The position numbers and the translations under genes were made by a program. From Candidatus Auribacterota bacterium (lineage in GTDB: Bacteria; Auribacterota; UBA6266): DNA of 10,584 bases. Within the stretch, counting starts at the first letter, position 1. Every line of letters begins with the position of its first letter. This document shows positions 1 through 6,722 of the stretch, one piece after another. The notes beneath the pieces are model-generated. The model was not told the DNA's origin. It did not search any database and worked only from the letters and a program-made list of their open reading frames with translations. Where the stretch lies: NCBI GenBank assembly GCA_023136205.1, contig JAGLRQ010000158.1, positions 1 to 10,584 of the forward strand, written 5' to 3'.

Positions 1-236
1 GTGAAGGATGTAAGCACTGCCAAAAAACAGGTTATAAAGGCCGTACAGGTATCTTCGAACTGCTTACGATCGATGCGCCTATTCAAACAGAGATTATCAA
101 AAATTCCCCTACTGAGAGGATAAAAGAGGTGGCTGTATCCTATGGAATGAAAACATTGCGAGAGGATGGTTTTTTAAAGGCAAAGAAAGGTATTACTTCG
201 CCGGAAGAGGTAATGCGGACTACGGCACTTGACTAA
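1..236 (+). CDS. C-terminal fragment of a GspE/PilB-family type II secretion / type IV pilus assembly ATPase (5' end lies outside the window)
   Basis: Frame 3 reads without stops: EGCKHCQKTGYKGRTGIFELLTIDAPIQTEIIKNSPTERIKEVAVSYGMKTLREDGFLKAKKGITSPEEVMRTTALD, with stop TAA at 234-236. CxxC followed by GYKGRTGIFE and the G-ITS-EEV tail is the typical C-terminus of T2SS-E/PilB ATPases. A GspF/PilC gene follows directly, which is the usual order. Confidence 0.85.
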   Translation, partial: EGCKHCQKTGYKGRTGIFELLTIDAPIQTEIIKNSPTERIKEVAVSYGMKTLREDGFLKAKKGITSPEEVMRTTALD

Positions 237-308
237 AGTGCACAAGAGAACAGGGCACAAGTCACAAGCTGTAAATTACCAGGATATTAAACGTGAAGCG
301 GGAGAAAA

Positions 309-1535
309 ATGCCAAGGTTTTTTTATACTACATTAAATAATAATGGGAAAGAAATTTCAGATGTAGTTGAAGCTTCTGATGTTTCTGAAGCCGCGGGTAT
401 TATTCGTAAACAGGGCAAGATTATAACTTCTTTAAAACAGTCCGAGATTTCTAAAAATTCGGAAGATTCATCATTTTTTTCATTTCTCGGTTGTTTAAAA
501 TTTATCACTTCTTCCGATATTGTTATGATGTTTCGCCAGTTTTCTATTCTTATTAAGGCAGGAGTTACTTTAACTAGTTCTCTTCAGATATTGTCCGGGC
601 AGACAAGAAAAACAAAATTAAAAAAACTGTTTGAACAGGTTTTAACCAGTGTTGAAGAGGGGGCTACTTTTGCTGATGCTTTGAGGAAGCACAAAAGAAT
701 CTTTACCCCTTTTATTGTTAATATGATTGAATGCGGAGAGGTTTCGGGGACGATGGATATTGTTTTGGAAAGCATAGCTGACTATCTTGAAGAAAAATCA
801 GAATTTCGGACTCAGGTTATTACAAGTTTTATTTATCCCGCTATTGTAGTTGTGATGTGTATTATTGTAGTAACTTTTTTAGCAGGGTTTGTTATACCCA
901 AATTTATGCCTTTTATAAGCGTGCGAGGTAGACAAGTGCCCTGGAATACGCAGTTTTTGATCAACGCTACAAATTGGTTTAAAAACCATTGGAAAAGTAT
1001 CACCGCTTCCGTAGCGGCGGTATTTACAGGATTATTCATTTTAGGTAAATTTAAAACGCCTGGATATTGGATAGACAGGCTCAAAGTAAGAATCCCGATT
1101 ATTGGCCCTATTTTCATTTATTCAGTAGTAGTTCGCTTTGCAAAAAATTTATCATCTCTTTTGAGCAGTGGTGTAAGTATGTTAGAGTCTTTGCGAACAG
1201 TTCGAAATGTTATCGGGAATCAAGCGGCTATGGATGTGATGGAGATAATGGAGAAGAAGGTCGCGCGAGGTGAAAGCTTATCTTCACCAATTAGAGAAGG
1301 TTCATTTATATTTCCCCCTATTGTTGCTGAGATGGTAGCCGTAGGTGAAGAAACAGGTAATCTTGATAACACTTTGAGTTTAGTTGCTCAGATACATGAG
1401 AAATTACTGAAGACTTATGTTAAACGTATGAATTCACTCATTGAACCTGTCCTTATTCTTACGATGGGAGGTATAGTTGGATTTGTTGCCTGGGGCCTTA
1501 TCGCTGGCGTTTTGAGTATGTACGGGACTTACTAA
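309..1535 (+). CDS. GspF/PilC-family inner-membrane platform protein (type II secretion / type IV pilus)
   Basis: 408-aa ORF. N-terminus MPRFFYTTLNNNGKEISDVVEASDVSEAAGIIRKQGKIITSL is typical of the family. There is an internal duplication of the T2SSF module: FSILIKAGVTLTSSL ... ECGEVSGTMD in the first half and FAKNLSSLLSSGVSMLESL ... AVGEETGNLD in the second. Hydrophobic helices sit at about residues 170-195, 225-245 and 380-405. SD GGGAG at 300-304, 4 nt before the ATG. Confidence 0.85.
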   Translation: MPRFFYTTLNNNGKEISDVVEASDVSEAAGIIRKQGKIITSLKQSEISKNSEDSSFFSFLGCLKFITSSDIVMMFRQFSILIKAGVTLTSSLQILSGQTRKTKLKKLFEQVLTSVEEGATFADALRKHKRIFTPFIVNMIECGEVSGTMDIVLESIADYLEEKSEFRTQVITSFIYPAIVVVMCIIVVTFLAGFVIPKFMPFISVRGRQVPWNTQFLINATNWFKNHWKSITASVAAVFTGLFILGKFKTPGYWIDRLKVRIPIIGPIFIYSVVVRFAKNLSSLLSSGVSMLESLRTVRNVIGNQAAMDVMEIMEKKVARGESLSSPIREGSFIFPPIVAEMVAVGEETGNLDNTLSLVAQIHEKLLKTYVKRMNSLIEPVLILTMGGIVGFVAWGLIAGVLSMYGTY

Positions 1536-1554
1536 TTCTACCATGCTTTTTTGT

Positions 1555-1570
1555 AATATCACAATATCAC
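1555..1570. repeat. Perfect tandem 8-bp direct repeat AATATCAC x2 in the gspF-SemiSWEET spacer
   Basis: Read directly: AATATCAC at 1555-1562 and again at 1563-1570. Confidence 0.6.
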
Positions 1571-1674
1571 TTTTCCTTTACACCATGTATTCAAGATGAT
1601 AGGTTGTCCGAAAAAGCAGGAAGTGTCGCGGCTGTCTTACACTGGTATTTCCACAAGATAAAGGAATTATTGAA

Positions 1675-1926
1675 ATGACACCTTTGATAATCGGATTATG
1701 CGCGGGTAGTTTGTGTGTAATTTCTTTTCTGCCCCAGGTAATAAAGATTTTCAGGACAAAAAATACAAGGGATTTATCTTTAATAACATTTTCCCTGTTT
1801 TCCCTGGGTGTGTTTTTGTGGTTAATTTATGGAATATTGATAAAATCATTGCCCGTAATACTGACTAACGCGGCCATGGCTGTCCTGACGCTTTTAATTG
1901 TAGTAATGAAGGTTAGATATAAATAA
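1675..1926 (+). CDS. SemiSWEET / PQ-loop (MtN3-like) three-helix transporter
   Basis: 83 aa with three hydrophobic helices. PQ motif (SFLPQV, P20-Q21) in helix 1, then a TKNTRDLS loop, LWLIYGIL in helix 2 and PVILTN in helix 3. The pattern and spacing match structurally characterised bacterial SemiSWEETs (for example the Leptospira biflexa protein), including a Trp (W49) and an Asn (N65) at the positions that line the sugar pocket. SD AAAGGA lies about 10 nt upstream. Confidence 0.85.
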   Translation: MTPLIIGLCAGSLCVISFLPQVIKIFRTKNTRDLSLITFSLFSLGVFLWLIYGILIKSLPVILTNAAMAVLTLLIVVMKVRYK

Positions 1927-3162
1927 TTAGAATTTATAACTAATTCCGGTGTCAATGGAATACTGATATACCTCGATGTTAGCGCTATTTATGAATTGCG
2001 CGGTATTTGACATATCTAAAGACACTTTCGGCGCGTACATAAAGCCAAAGTGAACGCTGAGCGCTTCCGTAACATCAATTCCTATTCCGCCTGTAATATG
2101 ATGTTCTCCAATAGTCGGGAAAGCAATATTTTCAAAGGCGCGGGTTGAATTTAACGGGTTTTTCCCATAGTTGTATCCCGCGCGGAGCTTAATCCTTTCT
2201 ATAAGATCATATTCAATTCCGAATTTATATATGACCTGATCGTCCCAATCTACATTCCATAAAGAAGCGTTACTGCTGTTTTTTGTATAAACAGGCATAT
2301 CTTTCCCGATTACCTGAGGCCAATCTATCCAGGATATATCAAAAGCGAGACGGAGTTTTTCAGTAGGCCTTAAGCCTATTCCCGCGGCAAAACTTTGAGG
2401 TTGATCAAGTTCAAGTTTATCTTTGCCCAACGCGGTATTATATTCAAAATCAGGGAATCTTTGTTTGCTTTCGTAAGCAACACCTAAAGTCACGAAATCT
2501 TCCGGCAAATCCAGAGATAGCAGGCCTACGGGTTTTATCAAAGCACCGATAGTAAAGCCGAATCCGAAGGCCGCGTCATCATGGTGGGATTGTTGTGTAG
2601 TTAGGCCGGCTTCGTAACCCAACGTGGCGTAGCCGATATTAGGAGCAATGCCAACCGAAAATTTATCTTCAAAAGAATATGCGATTGCCGGTGCGAATTT
2701 CAGAAAAGTATATTTAACATAAGTTATATTATTATAAAGATTACTTTCGTAGTCAGTTCCTATTCCGCAAACCGCGTAGGTTCCTAAACCGAATGTAAAC
2801 TGGTCATTTATTGGAAGGACAATACCAAAAGCGGGTAAAATAAAAGGAGGAGTATCTGAAGTAATGCTCTTATTATTTTCTGTAACCAGGCCGGCATTGC
2901 TGGCCGCACGGTAAGTAACTTTAGCTGTGATGTATGTAACTCCAAGATCTATGCGCCTGCCGACTTCTGATATGCCCGCCGGGTTTGTTATTGTAACGCC
3001 TGCATCTAAAGGAAGGCCGACACTTGTTCCTCCCATGGCGCGTTGAATTGGCCCGCAGCCGATGAGTTTTGTGGTATTGGCCGCGTATGTTAAAGAACTC
3101 CATCCCGCTGCTGCCAGTACAGTAACCACGCTCAGGTAAAATATTTTTTTTAACTTCATCAT
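1927..3162 (-). CDS. FadL/TodX/OmpP1-family outer-membrane channel for hydrophobic compounds
   Basis: 411 aa. Signal peptide MMKLKKIFYLSVVTVLAAAGWSSLTYA/AN. The hatch-like N-terminus GPIQRAMGGTSVGLPLDAGVTITNPAGISEV contains the family-typical NPA motif. Long runs of alternating hydrophobic residues rich in G/Y/F suggest a beta-barrel. The C-terminus ends in an aromatic residue (GISYKF). SD AAAGGGG at 3167-3173 on the minus strand. The tandem ATGATG makes 3159 an equally possible start. Confidence 0.75.
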   Translation of the reverse strand: MMKLKKIFYLSVVTVLAAAGWSSLTYAANTTKLIGCGPIQRAMGGTSVGLPLDAGVTITNPAGISEVGRRIDLGVTYITAKVTYRAASNAGLVTENNKSITSDTPPFILPAFGIVLPINDQFTFGLGTYAVCGIGTDYESNLYNNITYVKYTFLKFAPAIAYSFEDKFSVGIAPNIGYATLGYEAGLTTQQSHHDDAAFGFGFTIGALIKPVGLLSLDLPEDFVTLGVAYESKQRFPDFEYNTALGKDKLELDQPQSFAAGIGLRPTEKLRLAFDISWIDWPQVIGKDMPVYTKNSSNASLWNVDWDDQVIYKFGIEYDLIERIKLRAGYNYGKNPLNSTRAFENIAFPTIGEHHITGGIGIDVTEALSVHFGFMYAPKVSLDMSNTAQFINSANIEVYQYSIDTGISYKF

Positions 3163-3305
3163 TCAGCCCCTTTGTCTTTGTTGTAATATAACCGCTATTT
3201 TCCTATATTCTTCAGTTTATTTTAAACCCGATATTACTTAAGGTTGATAATCAAGTCAATTAAAATTTGGGAATACCATTAATTTATTAAGAAGGTATAA
3301 AACAA

Positions 3306-3333
3306 TTGTTTTTATATTTGATTCAGGTATAAT
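3306..3333 (+). promoter_or_regulatory. Putative sigma70-type promoter for the 94-aa ORF
   Basis: Perfect -10 TATAAT at 3328-3333. Weak -35 TTGTTT at 3306-3311 with a 16-nt spacer. The predicted start site would be about 20 nt before the ATG at 3359. Confidence 0.4.
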
Positions 3334-3358
3334 ATTAAAATGAAAGGCGGGAAGAAAT

Positions 3359-3643
3359 ATGATCCATGATGAAAATTTAGAAATAACAGATGACGAAAAG
3401 CTGCCTCTAAGCGGATCCCTGAAAGTATTGAGGTACAAGACCATTAAAAAGAACGGGGCTCTCGGATGGTGGTCGGCCATAGTACTCCTGGAAGACCACG
3501 ATAAAAAACAGATCTGTTTTTACCGGTGGCACAAAAAGAAAGGCGACTGGAAACGGGATAAAAAACTCCCTTTCAAAAACCGCAAGGACTGGAATATGAT
3601 CAAAGAAGCGGTTGAAATTTTTTTGGAAGATCTGGATACATAA
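3359..3643 (+). CDS. Hypothetical small basic protein (94 aa), no family recognised
   Basis: Only sizeable ORF in a 490-nt gap between the FadL-like gene and miaA. It is preceded by a TATAAT box and a purine-rich GGGAAG 4 nt before the ATG. Composition is protein-like rather than low-complexity (acidic N-terminus, W/K-rich core CFYRWHKKKGDWKRDKKLPF, acidic helical tail WNMIKEAVEIFLEDLDT). No signal peptide or TM segment. Confidence 0.55.
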   Translation: MIHDENLEITDDEKLPLSGSLKVLRYKTIKKNGALGWWSAIVLLEDHDKKQICFYRWHKKKGDWKRDKKLPFKNRKDWNMIKEAVEIFLEDLDT

Positions 3644-3654
3644 AGTTAATATTT

Positions 3655-4572
3655 TTACTTAAGTCCGTGTGTAATATATTTGACGAGGCTGTCCGTGGGG
3701 TCTTTTGCTTCGAGCCAGATGATTTTTATCCCGTTTCTTTCCATTCTCCTGAACCATTTTTCCTGCCGCTTCGCGAATTGATAAATGGCCGAGTTCAGTT
3801 TCTGGAACATATCATTCCGGTTTAACCTGCCCCTAACGTATTTTGTTACGAAACGGTATTCCAGCCCGTAAAATTCAAGTTGTTCAGGCGTTAATTTTTT
3901 CAAAAGCCTTTCAACTTCTTCGATCATGCCGTTTTTCAGCCGGCTTTTAAGCCTTGCGGCGATTCGTTTTTTAAGGTCGTTTCTTTCGAGCCGGAGGCCG
4001 TAAGTCCTGGTTTCAATACAGGGGAATTCATCAATCTCCGGTTTCCCGGAATGTTCGGCTATTTCTATAGCTCGTATCAGCCGGTTTCTATTCATAGTGT
4101 CAGTTGTGTTGTGCAGCGGCCGTAAACCGGACAGCCGAACAATAAGCTCTGTATCTGTTTTGTCCCGTAATTTATCACGGAGTTTATTATCTTCGGGAAC
4201 TTTTACAAGCTTGTATCCGCTTAACACCGCGTTAATATACAGCCCTGTACCGCCGCAGAGAATAGGCAGAGCCTTTCTGTTTTTTATTTCCTGATAAGCC
4301 TTCAGGAATGCCTGCTGATATTCAAACACGTTAAATTCATATCCGGCATCGACTATATTTATCAGGTGGTAAGGAATTTTTTCTCCATTGATACAATATT
4401 CATCCAGGTCTTTACCTGTTCCAATGTCCATGTCCCTGTAGACCTGGCGGGAATCGGCGCTGATAATTTCAGAGCCAAGAATTTTTGCCAGTGCGGCCGC
4501 CAGATGTGTTTTTCCCACTGCCGTCGATCCCAGAATACATAGCATATCGATTTTATTTTGGGTTTTTCTCAT
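3655..4572 (-). CDS. miaA: tRNA dimethylallyltransferase (IPPT/MiaA family), somewhat divergent motifs
   Basis: 305 aa. P-loop GSTAVGKT, then IISADSRQVYRDMDIGTGK, ILCGGTGLYINAVL, and C-terminal YQFAKRQEKWFRR. These conserved MiaA blocks occur in the canonical order and spacing. The ATG at 4572 lies inside the last codons of the upstream GT2 gene. An alternative ATG at 4545 would leave too short a first strand before the P-loop. Confidence 0.85.
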   Translation of the reverse strand: MRKTQNKIDMLCILGSTAVGKTHLAAALAKILGSEIISADSRQVYRDMDIGTGKDLDEYCINGEKIPYHLINIVDAGYEFNVFEYQQAFLKAYQEIKNRKALPILCGGTGLYINAVLSGYKLVKVPEDNKLRDKLRDKTDTELIVRLSGLRPLHNTTDTMNRNRLIRAIEIAEHSGKPEIDEFPCIETRTYGLRLERNDLKKRIAARLKSRLKNGMIEEVERLLKKLTPEQLEFYGLEYRFVTKYVRGRLNRNDMFQKLNSAIYQFAKRQEKWFRRMERNGIKIIWLEAKDPTDSLVKYITHGLK

Positions 4573-5824
4573 AATTATTTTTTAGTTTTTTTGAATTTTG
4601 ATAGCGGTATGAATTTTCGATTTCGGAAAGAATACACCGCACAGCATCAATCTGCCGGATATCCGCGTTCTCAAAACTCCAGAATTTATTTATATCGGGA
4701 AAAAGAAGTTTTTTTACAATTTTTCCGCCGGTTCCGTTCCGGATATAGTTGCCATGATGTTTTTTAAGGTATGCTAGCAGAGATTCTTCTTCTGTGCAGG
4801 TTTTTCCCGAATTATTTGAACGCAGGTACTGGAAGATTTTCAGGCCGTCGAACCGTTCGTGGCATGCCCGTATAAACTGTTCAACGTTATGATGGTTTTC
4901 TCGCAAAGGGGCCCACGGATCATCGGTATGGAATTTTTCCCTTAAAAAAGGAGAAATCGGTGTTTCGATATTTTTTTTGAAAAGCTGTGGGAAGAGAGCG
5001 ATTGTCTTTCCGATATTATCGAATAAATCCGGAGAAAAAATTGGATAAGCTGCCCATCCTTTCTGACTGGCTTTTTGAAGAGCGATGCCTGTTCCGAATA
5101 AAACGCGTTCAGAAAAACGCGCGGCAGGATGCACCCTTTCGGGGATCCAGGAAAGGATAGTTCCCATTTTTTGAAGTTTCTGGAGAAAATAAAAATCTTC
5201 ACCGCTTTCGCGCGGCGGCATTCCGCCAACACGGCGGTATGCCCATACCGGAAAAGCTATAGCGGAGCCAAGTGCTGTCGGGGCGTATGGGGAGTTTATT
5301 CTCCACAGGTTGATCGCGTAATATCTTAAGTATATCTCATAGCGTAGAATTAACCGGTTGATTTTTTCATCGGACACCAGATTATGAAAATATGGAACTG
5401 AAATTCCCGCGATACTGCCGTTACTGCCAAAAGATTCGGCAAGTGAAGAAAAATATCCTTTTTCAGTTAATGTGTCCCCGTCCAGGCTTACAATAATATC
5501 ATCATCTTCAGCTTCACCGCATATCGTGTCCATGATTGTTTTTCTCGCACGGCCTACGCCGCCGGCACGGCAGGCCCATCCACAACCCGGGCTGCTTTTA
5601 TCAATGATATTCAGGGTAACAGCGTTATAGCCGCTTAATTTTTTTAAAGTTTGCCGGTTATTATCGCAGGACTGCTGTTTACCAGGGTTGTTCCACCACT
5701 CTTCAGGCTGATTTACGCATATCCAGACTTCAAAACACGTATAGTCCTGCGCGGATAGAGCATCAAGACACCGAAATAACCATTCCGGCTCATCCATTAC
5801 CGGTATAGCAACATATATCTTCAT
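4553..5824 (-). CDS. Family 2 (GT-A fold) glycosyltransferase with an uncharacterised C-terminal extension of about 170 aa
   Basis: 423 aa. N-terminal KIYVAIPVMDE strand followed by acidic residues, DxD-type motif SLDGDT (residues 113-118), and GEDFYF (208-213), all typical of GT2 enzymes. No clear TM helix. I recognise nothing in residues from about 255 to 423. AAAGGA lies about 14 nt upstream of the ATG. Confidence 0.7.
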   Translation of the reverse strand: MKIYVAIPVMDEPEWLFRCLDALSAQDYTCFEVWICVNQPEEWWNNPGKQQSCDNNRQTLKKLSGYNAVTLNIIDKSSPGCGWACRAGGVGRARKTIMDTICGEAEDDDIIVSLDGDTLTEKGYFSSLAESFGSNGSIAGISVPYFHNLVSDEKINRLILRYEIYLRYYAINLWRINSPYAPTALGSAIAFPVWAYRRVGGMPPRESGEDFYFLQKLQKMGTILSWIPERVHPAARFSERVLFGTGIALQKASQKGWAAYPIFSPDLFDNIGKTIALFPQLFKKNIETPISPFLREKFHTDDPWAPLRENHHNVEQFIRACHERFDGLKIFQYLRSNNSGKTCTEEESLLAYLKKHHGNYIRNGTGGKIVKKLLFPDINKFWSFENADIRQIDAVRCILSEIENSYRYQNSKKLKNNYEKNPK

Positions 5825-5848
5825 AGTTAAGAGATCATCCTTTATTTC

Positions 5849-5877
5849 ATTTTGGATAATTTTTATGATTGTGTCAA
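5849..5877 (-). promoter_or_regulatory. Putative promoter for the GT2-miaA operon
   Basis: On the minus strand there is a perfect -35 TTGACA (5872-5877), a 17-nt spacer and the -10 candidate CAAAAT (5849-5854). The implied leader is very short, so this is tentative. Confidence 0.3.
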
Positions 5878-5900
5878 AGGGAAATTATGATATTAAAACG

Positions 5901-5930
5901 GAAAAACGGCAACAGTCGTCCGCATTTTTC
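5901..5930. promoter_or_regulatory. Imperfect inverted repeat between the two divergent promoters (candidate operator)
   Basis: GAAAAACGG-caacagtcgt-CCG(CA)TTTTTC. Arms GAAAAA/TTTTTC and CGG/CCG are complementary, with a 2-nt bulge. It lies upstream of both predicted -35 boxes. Confidence 0.3.
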
Positions 5931-5966
5931 GATATGAAATTATTGTTTTTATATTTATCCTAACCG

Positions 5967-5995
5967 TTGTATCCCACGTTCCACTATGCTACAAT
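5967..5995 (+). promoter_or_regulatory. Putative sigma70 promoter with extended -10 for the ABC/LolA-like/barrel operon
   Basis: -35 TTGTAT (5967-5972), a 17-nt spacer, then TGc-TACAAT (TG at 5987-5988, -10 at 5990-5995). It sits 22 nt upstream of the ATG at 6018 and its AGGAGG SD. Confidence 0.55.
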
Positions 5996-6017
5996 ACCGG
6001 CTAATATAGGAGGTAAG

Positions 6018-6722
6018 ATGAGTTTAATAGAAGCAGAAAATTTATCAAAACAATACATAAGCGGCGAAATAACGATTGACGCGCTCAAAGATTTAAGTTT
6101 TGTAATAGGCCCGGCATCTTTCATATCTTTTGTGGGCCCTTCGGGAAGCGGAAAAACGACACTGCTGAATCTTATCGGATGCCTTGATACGCCTACATCA
6201 GGAGTATTGAGGGTGTCAGGAACAGATGTCTCTCAGCTTGGGGGAAAGTCCGCCGCTGATTTTAGAGGCAAAAACATTGGATTTATATTTCAGGATTTTA
6301 ATCTTATTCCCGTACTTAGTGTATATGAGAATGTAGAGTATCCGCTTCTCATGGTTCAAAATACTCCCGCGGGTGAAAGGCAAAGCCGGGTCTTATCTCT
6401 GCTTGATTCGGTGGGAATGATCGAACAGAAGGATAAATATCCGGGCCAGATTTCAGGTGGACAGAAACAGAGAGTAGCGGTAGCAAGGGCCCTGGTCACC
6501 AGGCCAAAGCTGGTTCTGGCTGATGAACCGACCGCGAATCTTGATCACAAGACCGCGTATATGGTAATAAATATTATGAAGAAGATGAAAGATGAGTCAG
6601 GAATAAGCTTCATTTTTTCAACCCATGATCAGAAGGTTGTTGGAGAGGCTGAAATCATCTATACATTGGAAGACGGTGAACTTGCCGGAAAAAGTGCCAA
6701 AGGAGGAGCCCGTCATGTTTAA
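6018..6722 (+). CDS. ABC transporter ATP-binding protein, MacB/LolD/FtsE-like subfamily
   Basis: 234 aa from the ATG at 6018, with SD AGGAGG at 6008-6013. Walker A GPSGSGKTT, Q-loop IFQDF, signature ISGGQKQR, Walker B LVLADEPT, D-loop ANLD, H-loop STHD. The N-terminal block IEAENLSKQY...ALKDLSF is typical of the ATPases that pair with FtsX-type permeases. The track's TTG start at 5967 coincides with the predicted -35 box and is rejected. Confidence 0.9.
   Translation: MSLIEAENLSKQYISGEITIDALKDLSFVIGPASFISFVGPSGSGKTTLLNLIGCLDTPTSGVLRVSGTDVSQLGGKSAADFRGKNIGFIFQDFNLIPVLSVYENVEYPLLMVQNTPAGERQSRVLSLLDSVGMIEQKDKYPGQISGGQKQRVAVARALVTRPKLVLADEPTANLDHKTAYMVINIMKKMKDESGISFIFSTHDQKVVGEAEIIYTLEDGELAGKSAKGGARHV

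Noticed and set aside
3279-3290. AT-only palindrome TTAATTTATTAA in the FadL/94-aa divergent region
   Set aside because: Short A/T-only palindromes are expected by chance in sequence this AT-rich, and it matches no known operator consensus.
3256-3480. 74-aa minus-strand ORF spanning the intergenic region and the start of the 94-aa ORF
   Set aside because: It has no SD and low-complexity hydrophobic or odd composition. It also overlaps the better-supported plus-strand ORF and its TATAAT promoter.
3657-3664. Perfect 8-bp palindrome ACTTAAGT at the miaA stop
   Set aside because: It is explained by the coding sequence (GLK-stop on the minus strand) and is too short to form a meaningful hairpin.
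5967-6017. The ORF track starts the ABC ATPase at TTG 5967 (MYPTFHYATIPANIGGK...)
   Set aside because: The ATG at 6018 has a perfect AGGAGG SD (6008-6013) and gives the family-typical N-terminus. The extension has no homology-like features, and TTG 5967 coincides with the predicted -35 box.
6625-6714. The ORF track starts the permease at 6625, overlapping the ATPase by 98 nt
   Set aside because: The ATG at 6715, preceded by AGGAGG (6701-6706), gives the canonical FtsX-family N-terminus MFNLMRIAIRNL. The 30 extra residues lie inside the ATPase coding region.
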